NCBI GenBank assembly: GCA_965219955.1
Contig: OZ244799.1
Location: 2,368,001-2,432,000 of the forward strand
Direction: 5' to 3'
DNA: 64,000 nt
From: a bacterium
GTDB taxonomy: Bacteria; UBA8248
The notes under the pieces were generated by a model. The model was given only the letters and a program-made list of their open reading frames with translations, made no database searches and had not been told where the DNA came from. Below, piece after piece: positions 57,784-64,000 of this stretch (its first letter is position 1; every line of letters begins with the position of its first letter). A program made the translations under genes and the position numbers.

Positions 57784-57842
57784 GGCTCCTCCTGCTCCGC
57801 CGCGCCTCAGGGCTTTCCGGCGCGGCAAACGCCCGCTCCCCG

Positions 57843-58004
57843 GGGTTGTTGAAAAAGCTGCCGAGGAGAGAGGGAATCCCGATCATCGAATTGTCTACCG
57901 TAGGGACAGGCCTCCGTGCCTGTCCTGACGAAGGACAACCACGGAGGGTTGTCCCTACAAAACCATCGTACACCCAGCGCTTGAGGGGACTTTTTCAACA
58001 GCCC
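57843..58004. mobile_element. MITE-like element copy 6
   Basis: GGGTTGTTGAAAAA ... TTTTTCAACAGCCC enclosing GTAGGGACAGGC/GTCCCTAC REP pair. Confidence 0.72.
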
Positions 58005-58301
58005 CCAACTCCGGCGACGTCGCCAAACGCGGCGCGGCTAGCCCCGGAAGCCGGCGGCGTTCCGGTACCGGCGGCCCCCCGCGGTACGGGCTTGCCACCC
58101 TTGCCAAGGCGCCCCCGGCTCTCGCGAAACTTGTAAACAGGGCGAATTATATGCCATATATGCCATGTTTCAAGGCTCGTCTTCCGGTCGGGGCGTGATG
58201 TGGACGCCGACCCCATTCATGGGGGCGAGACCGGAAACCGGCGCGACCGGGGCCTGTCGCCTCGCCAGCCGTGACCGTCATGCGCACCTGGGGGATCCAT
58301 C

Positions 58302-60854
58302 CTGAAAGACGCCGTCACCAACCCAGCCGAAAACGCTTCGCCGACGCCCGCGCGGGCGACGATCGCCGTGATCGGCGCCGGCATCGTCGGGAATTGCCTG
58401 GTGGGACACCTGGCGGAGATGGGCTGGGAAGACCTGGTGCTGATCGAAAAGGGCCCCCTGCCCAACCCCGGCGGTTCGACCGGCCACGCGTCGAACTTCA
58501 TCTTCCCGACCGACCACGACCGCGAAATCACGCTGCTGACGCTGGAGAGCCAGCGCCAGTACGCCGCGCTCGGCGTCAACACCACGTGCGGCGGCATCGA
58601 AGTGGCGCGCACGGAGGAGCGCATGGAAGAGCTGCGCCGGCGGATGACCTCGGCGCTGTGCCGGGGCATCGAGGCCGAACTGCTCGATCCCGCCGGCGTG
58701 GTCGCCAGGGTGCCGTTCGTGAACGGCGACGTGATCCTGGGCGGCTTCTACACGCCGAGCGTATCGGTGGTCGACCCGGTCCGGGCGGGCGCCATCATGC
58801 GCGAGCGGGCGCAGGCCAGGGGCGCGCTAACCGTGCTGGATAACACCGAGGTCACCGGGATCGAAGTGTCGCGCCCGCCGTATGGCCGTCCGCGGGTCCG
58901 GGCCGTGGCGACGACACGCGGGGAGATAGAAGTGGAGCAGGTGGTGATCGCGTGCGGCGTCTGGAGCCCGCGAGTCGCCGCGCTTGCCGGAGCGAGCATC
59001 CCCCTCACCCCGGCGGTGCACCAGATGGCCGACATGGGCTCTATCGACCTGCTGCGTAGGACGGGAAACGAGATCGACTATCCCATCGTCCGCGACATGG
59101 ACACCTTCATGTACGAGCGGCAGAGCCACGAGGCGATGGAGATAGGCTCGTACGCCCACCGCCCCATCCTGGTGCGGCCCGACGACATCCCCTCCAACGC
59201 GGAGGCGGAGCGGACGCCCACCGAGCTGCCTTTCACCGGCGATGACTTCGCTCCGCAGCTCGAACACGCCCGGGCGATCATGGGCGAATTGCTCGCCGGT
59301 TCCGAAATGCAGTATTCGGTGAACGGACTGCTCTCCCTGACGCCTGATGCGCGGCAGGTGCTGGGCGAGACCGCCGAGGTGGAGAAGCTCTGGTCGGCGG
59401 CCGCCGTCTGGATCAAGGAGGGTCCCGGCACGGCGCGCCTGATCGCCGAGTGGATCACCCACGGCTATCCGCGCCTGTGCGATCCGCACGGCTCGGACAT
59501 CACGCGGTTCTACCCGCACGAGCGGACCGAGCGGCACATCCGGCAGCGCTGCCGCGAACACTTCAACAAGACGTACGGCATCGTGCACCCGCGCGAGCAG
59601 TGGGAGTCGGAGCGCGGCATGCACCGGGCGCCGTTCCACGACCGCACCGCGGACCTGGGCGCCGAATTCTTCGAGGCGCACGGCTGGGAGCGGCCCCAGT
59701 GGTACGCGTCGAACGAGGATCTCGTCGAGCGCTACGGCGTTCCGGACCGCCCGCACGAATGGGACCGCCGCTGGTGGTCGCCGATCATCAACGCGGAGCA
59801 CCTCCACATGCGGGAGAAAGCCGGGATCGTGGATTTGAGCGCCTTCCAGATCTTCGACGTCTCAGGGCCCGGCGTCGTGCCCTACCTGGAGCGGCTGACG
59901 GTCAACCCCTGCGACCGCCCGGTGGGTTCTTCGATCTACACCCCGCTGCTGACGCCGGAGGGCGGGATCCGCGCCGACCTCACCATACAGAGGCTGGCGG
60001 ACGACCGCTTCCGGGTCGTGACCGGCGTCTTCGACGGCGCGCGCGACGAGGTCTGGTTCCGCCGCCACCTGCCCGGGGACGGCTCGGTCCAGTTCGAGAA
60101 CCTCTCCTCGGCGCTCTGCACCATCGGGGTATGGGGGCCGGACGCCCGCGCGCTGCTCGCAGGGATCACCGACGCCCCGCTGACGCAGGAAGCGTTTCCC
60201 TACGGGACGGCCCGGGAGGTGATCATCGACGGCGTTCCGGCGACGATGCTGCGCATTTCCTACGTGGGCGAGAGCGGGTGGGAGATCTACGCGCCTACGC
60301 CGCACGGCGCGCGCCTTTGGGACGCAATTTGGGAGGCGGGCCGCGCCTTCGACGCCCGGCCCGTCGGCATCGGCGTCTACGGCACCACGGGACGCCTCGA
60401 GAAGGGATACGCGCTCATGGGCGCAGACCTCACGTCGGAATACTCGCCGGTGGAGGCGGGCCTGGCGCGGCCCCGCGTGAAGTCCGCGGATTTCATCGGG
60501 AAAGAAGCCTACCTGCAGGCGCGCGACGAAGGTCCGGCGGCGAAGCTGTGTACGCTGACGGTTGACGACCACGCCGGCGAATCAGGTACGCCGCGGTTCC
60601 CCGCCGGCAGCAGCGAACCGATCCTGACGCTCGGGGGGGAGCGCCTCGTCGACGCCAAAGGAAGAGAGTCCTTCGTCACCTCGGCCGGCTCGGGACCCTC
60701 ACTCGGCCAATACCTCCTGCTGGCCTATCTGCCGGTCGAACACGCGGCGCCCGGCGCCAGGCTGCAGGTGCAATACATGAACGAGCGCCTCCCGGTGAGC
60801 GTGGCTCCGCGCTCGGCGATGTTCGACCCCGAGAACGCCCGCATGAAAGCATAA
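58302..60854 (+). CDS. FAD-dependent oxidoreductase fused to GcvT domain (dimethylglycine oxidase/dehydrogenase-like)
   Basis: IAVIGAGIVG, GGSTGHAS, VHQ, TPD, GWERPQW, DLSAF, GVWGP, RISYVGESGWE, RLEKGY, FDPENARMK; start codon uncertain (CTG 58302 inferred, ORF track GTG 58368). Confidence 0.9.
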   Translation: MKDAVTNPAENASPTPARATIAVIGAGIVGNCLVGHLAEMGWEDLVLIEKGPLPNPGGSTGHASNFIFPTDHDREITLLTLESQRQYAALGVNTTCGGIEVARTEERMEELRRRMTSALCRGIEAELLDPAGVVARVPFVNGDVILGGFYTPSVSVVDPVRAGAIMRERAQARGALTVLDNTEVTGIEVSRPPYGRPRVRAVATTRGEIEVEQVVIACGVWSPRVAALAGASIPLTPAVHQMADMGSIDLLRRTGNEIDYPIVRDMDTFMYERQSHEAMEIGSYAHRPILVRPDDIPSNAEAERTPTELPFTGDDFAPQLEHARAIMGELLAGSEMQYSVNGLLSLTPDARQVLGETAEVEKLWSAAAVWIKEGPGTARLIAEWITHGYPRLCDPHGSDITRFYPHERTERHIRQRCREHFNKTYGIVHPREQWESERGMHRAPFHDRTADLGAEFFEAHGWERPQWYASNEDLVERYGVPDRPHEWDRRWWSPIINAEHLHMREKAGIVDLSAFQIFDVSGPGVVPYLERLTVNPCDRPVGSSIYTPLLTPEGGIRADLTIQRLADDRFRVVTGVFDGARDEVWFRRHLPGDGSVQFENLSSALCTIGVWGPDARALLAGITDAPLTQEAFPYGTAREVIIDGVPATMLRISYVGESGWEIYAPTPHGARLWDAIWEAGRAFDARPVGIGVYGTTGRLEKGYALMGADLTSEYSPVEAGLARPRVKSADFIGKEAYLQARDEGPAAKLCTLTVDDHAGESGTPRFPAGSSEPILTLGGERLVDAKGRESFVTSAGSGPSLGQYLLLAYLPVEHAAPGARLQVQYMNERLPVSVAPRSAMFDPENARMKA

Positions 60855-60927
60855 CCCGACGAGGCGCCGTACGGCCCGGCCAACCGACGGGAGAGAAGAG
60901 AAATCACTCCCCCCTTGTCGGGGGACA

Positions 60928-61049
60928 AAAGCAACCCCCCTACCCCCCCTTGTCAGGGGGGCAAGAAAAAGCAAAGCCCCCTCAACCCGGCGGAGGAGCG
61001 TCGCCTTTTTATACCCCCCTGACAAGGGGGGGTAGGGGGGGTTGCTTTT
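60928..61049. repeat. long palindromic repeat shared with 37147-37270
   Basis: AAAGCAACCCCCCTACCCCCCTTGTCAGGGGG ... CCCCCTGACAAGGGGGGTAGGGGGGTTGCTTT, between convergent genes. Confidence 0.85.
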
Positions 61050-61117
61050 CGTACGAACCTCCCTGCCCGTTTGGTTCCATACGCCGCATCACGAAATCAG
61101 GCCTGCTTCAACGTCCC

Positions 61118-62461
61118 CTACGAAGCCACCCCTCCCATCGCCTGCTCGAACACCACCACCGGATCGAAGTCCGCGATATCCACCGGTGGCGGTGAAACGC
61201 CCGCGTATTCTCCCGCCGCGTGGAATTTCTCGAGCAACTCCTCATCGCTCAGCGGTCTCTCCGGCATCCCGCGGGCCATGCCGCAAAAGCCGGTGGCGGA
61301 GCGGCCGTCGCTGAGCGTCAGCGTGAGGCGGATGCTTTCGGGGTATTTCGCGCGCATGGCATCGGTGGAGAGATCCGGCGCGCGCTTCACGCTCACCCGC
61401 GCCATGAGGGAGGATTTCTCGGGGCTGACGGCGCCGGGCGCCAGGTCCTCGAAGCGCACCCGCCCGTGGATCGCGGCGCAGGCCAGGGCGTAAGGCAGGC
61501 TGAACTGCATCTCCTGCGGCGTGGCCGGATTCGGGAAGACGAGGCTCTCATGGACGAGCTTCGGCACTTCGGCGTGAACCCCTGCGATCTCGTTCACGCT
61601 CGCGCCGAGTTCCGCCATGAGTTCGTTCATCTGCTCGATGGCCGCGAGCGCCGCCGAGCAGACAGGGCTTGTCTTGAACAGAAGGCCCGGCTCGCACAGG
61701 CGCCAGCGCCTGCCGATGGTTTCGAGTTCGGCTTGGACGGCCTCACCCCGATTCAGCAGCTTCAGGAAACCCCGACTATCCTCGAACGCGTCTTCAGGCC
61801 CCGTAAGCCCGGCCCCGGCCGCCCGGGCGAGCGTAACGGCCCGGCGCGCGGTCTCCCCGACGAGCAGCGGCTTGGCGTCCGTTCCGAGCACGGCCTTCCC
61901 GCCGCCTGAGGCGGCTGCCGCCAGGCCGATAGCGCTCGTCATCGCGTCCTCGTCCAGTTCCAGCAGGCACCCTGCGGCGGCGGTCGCGCCCGTGAGGCCG
62001 AGAGTCACCGTGCTCCACCAGCCGTCGAAATAGTGCGCGTGCGTGCAAACCTCGGCGAGGGTGTACGCGACCTCCGAGCCCGCGACGAAGGCGCGGCGAA
62101 GCGCGTCGGCGCCGGAGCCTGTTTCCTGCGCGAGGGCCATGGCGGCGGGCAGCACCACCGCCGAGCCGTGCATGATGCCCGTGTAGGACGTATCGTCGAA
62201 ATCCCAGACGTGCGCCGCCGTTCCGTTCACGAGCGCGGCGGCTTCGGCGTCCGCGCGCCCGCCCGTCGCCAGCGTCGCCCGCCCCTCCCCGCGCGCCGTA
62301 GCCTGAGCCAGGGCCCGCACCGATGGATGGGCGCCCCCCGCGAGCATGACGCCCAGGGTGTCGAGCATGGCCCTGTCCGCAGCCGTCCTGACCTCGGAAT
62401 CGACCCGCTCCAGGCCGCAGGCGAACCTCGCGAAACGCCGGGCGATTGATGGTGTTTTCAT
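61118..62461 (-). CDS. MmgE/PrpD family protein
   Basis: LDTLGVMLAG, AALVNGTAAHVWDFDD, HGSAVVLPA, GWWST, FKTSPVCS, QFSLPY, RGMPERPLS; start MKTPS. Confidence 0.9.
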   Translation of the reverse strand: MKTPSIARRFARFACGLERVDSEVRTAADRAMLDTLGVMLAGGAHPSVRALAQATARGEGRATLATGGRADAEAAALVNGTAAHVWDFDDTSYTGIMHGSAVVLPAAMALAQETGSGADALRRAFVAGSEVAYTLAEVCTHAHYFDGWWSTVTLGLTGATAAAGCLLELDEDAMTSAIGLAAAASGGGKAVLGTDAKPLLVGETARRAVTLARAAGAGLTGPEDAFEDSRGFLKLLNRGEAVQAELETIGRRWRLCEPGLLFKTSPVCSAALAAIEQMNELMAELGASVNEIAGVHAEVPKLVHESLVFPNPATPQEMQFSLPYALACAAIHGRVRFEDLAPGAVSPEKSSLMARVSVKRAPDLSTDAMRAKYPESIRLTLTLSDGRSATGFCGMARGMPERPLSDEELLEKFHAAGEYAGVSPPPVDIADFDPVVVFEQAMGGVAS

Positions 62462-62682
62462 GCGACGATGCCGTTCCGGGGCGGGGGAAGCGAGGCCGTA
62501 ACGGAGATGAACGCTACGGATTCCGGGAAGGATAAACCATTCGGGAAATTTCGGGAACCAGATAATGACAAGCGTTATGAGAAAATGCTCGTTTGCCGGC
62601 GGGCGTCCATGCAGGACACGCACGTTCGTCTCCAAGGGGCGTTACTCGACCGGGAGGGCAATCCCCCGTCACCTCCTCCAGA

Positions 62683-63104
62683 GGGTTGTTGAAAAAGTCC
62701 TTGCCCGACTTTCGGGATCGTTCGCCGCAGGGACAGGTCGCGACCTCGGACAGGCGCAGGAGCCTGTCCGCTACAAAACCACCCCCCCTACCCCCCCTTG
62801 ACGGGGTTGTTGAAAAACCCCGTTTCGGGAGCGGGCGGTATCGGGGGTTACGCGGCGGCCCTCCTTCCTACCGCGCAGGCGGCCACAAAACCTCATCCTG
62901 AGTAGGCGCGCAAGCGCCATATCGAAGGATGGAGGCGCCTCCCGTCGTGCGATAGGGCATCCTTCGATACGCCGCCTTCGGCGGCTACTCAGGATGAGGA
63001 AAGTGGGGGCGGAGCCTGTCCCGAGCGAAGTCGAGGGAGCCTGTCCTGAGCCTGTCGAAGGGCGGCTACTCAGGATGAGGCGGAGAGGCCCTTTTCAACA
63101 GCCC
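62683..63104. mobile_element. nested MITE-like element (two left ends at 62683 and 62804, one right end)
   Basis: GGGTTGTTGAAAAA twice, CTTTTCAACAGCCC at end; cargo CCTCATCCTGAGTAGGCGCG..TATCGAAGGATG and CCTTCGATACGCCGCCTTCGGCGGCTACTCAGG as in copy 1. Confidence 0.7.
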
Positions 63105-63108
63105 CTCC

Positions 63109-63531
63109 TCAGTCGAGCCCTCTCCTCCCCTTCACCCACAGCGCCGCGCGGCGCAATCTTTGAAACCACGGGTAGAACGCGCGGGCGCGGGCGGGATTCG
63201 AGGCGAACCATTTCGATAGCCCACGGAACCAGCCGGTCCCGCTCGTCATCGAATCCAGCGCCGTCATCGCCTCGGCCCCCTGGTAGCGCCGGCCTCCTGT
63301 GACGAGAACCATCCCCTCATCGACCTCACAGCCCTTTGCGCGCATCTCGGCGAGGAGTTCGGGCGCACGGTTCGCGTCGATGAGCGTCAGAGGCCGTCCG
63401 TCCGGCGTCTCGAACCCGGATTTCCGCGCATAGAAGCTGCAGAACGGACACGCGCCGTCATAGAGCAGAAAGTCGTCCTGCGAAGATGCTTCGGCGGGTT
63501 CGGTGCGCTCGGATTCGGGTGAAGTCATCAT
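63109..63531 (-). CDS. DUF393 / DCC1-like thiol-disulfide oxidoreductase
   Basis: LYDGACPFC, YQGAEA, FYPW..R motifs; start after GGAGGAG. Confidence 0.85.
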   Translation of the reverse strand: MMTSPESERTEPAEASSQDDFLLYDGACPFCSFYARKSGFETPDGRPLTLIDANRAPELLAEMRAKGCEVDEGMVLVTGGRRYQGAEAMTALDSMTSGTGWFRGLSKWFASNPARARAFYPWFQRLRRAALWVKGRRGLD

Positions 63532-63583
63532 GCTCCTCCGTTTCCAAGTCCGCATTCTCCGCCAAAACAGGATGGAAGCTCAA

Positions 63584-64000
63584 TCACATGTTTTGGATAT
63601 GCCTGAAGTTCACCGCCGTATCCAGGTCTTTCGTCAAAGCAGCAAGGTAAAGATCGAGGTCCACGGTAAGCAAAGGCGTCTCTACGGTTGCGACTTCCAG
63701 AAGCGCGGCATCGGTAAGCCCGAGTCGCCTGAACTCCCTGTTTTGCGAGGCGACCTCGCTGACGACTTGTATTTCCCTGCTTTCTTCAATGGTGAACCGT
63801 AGTTGATCGAAGAAGCGGGAACGCTCGGGCTCTCCGTGTTGAGCAAGCAGGTTGGACGTTTCGGTAAGCGTATTCGGGGTGACGAACACTTGCTCGACTT
63901 GGTCCAGCAGGTTGCGCAGAATCCGGTAATCCTCGACTACGAATTGTTGCAGGCGACTATGCCTGGCGATGAACTCCTCCCCCACACGCCCCACAATAAG
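63584..64000 (-). CDS. PIN domain protein (5' end outside window)
   Basis: VTPNTLTETSNL, LGLTDAALL, LLTVDLDL acidic PIN pattern; frame open to window edge. Confidence 0.75.
   Translation of the reverse strand, partial: LIVGRVGEEFIARHSRLQQFVVEDYRILRNLLDQVEQVFVTPNTLTETSNLLAQHGEPERSRFFDQLRFTIEESREIQVVSEVASQNREFRRLGLTDAALLEVATVETPLLTVDLDLYLAALTKDLDTAVNFRHIQNM

Overview
GC-rich bacterial chromosomal window with no rRNA, CRISPR array, integrase or transposase. Bases 1-33.2 kb are a dense catabolic/transport region. A long minus-strand operon runs CoA-transferase A/B, M20 deacylase, LLM oxidoreductase, two tandem cysteine-synthase-like PLP enzymes, a Liv-type ABC transporter, an AhpD/CMD protein, xanthine-dehydrogenase-family M/S/L subunits and a fumarate-reductase-like flavoprotein. 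It is divergent from LysR + UbiD. A second operon (LLM, M24, TRAP-TAXI, cyclase, UbiD, LLM), a carbohydrate-type ABC transporter and tRNA-Ala(GGC) follow. The AhpD/CMD gene, split in the ORF track, is very probably a selenoprotein (in-frame CxxU UGA followed directly by a SECIS-like hairpin). Bases 33.5-64 kb are accessory. They hold scattered enzymes, a Fic protein, and a tandem array of secreted proteins, three of which share a near-identical 717-bp Sel1+ankyrin block fused to three unrelated C-termini (FGE-sulfatase/CLec with a DGR-VR-like end, an ankyrin array, MORN-like repeats). They also hold a divergent GcvT-family pair, MmgE/PrpD, a PIN protein, and six loci of a MITE-like element (GGGTTGTTGAAAAA...TTTTTCAACAxCCC) with shuffled REP-like cargo. 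The repertoire suggests a host-associated (e.g. sponge-type) symbiont, but that is inference. All calls come from reading motifs by eye; no searches were run.
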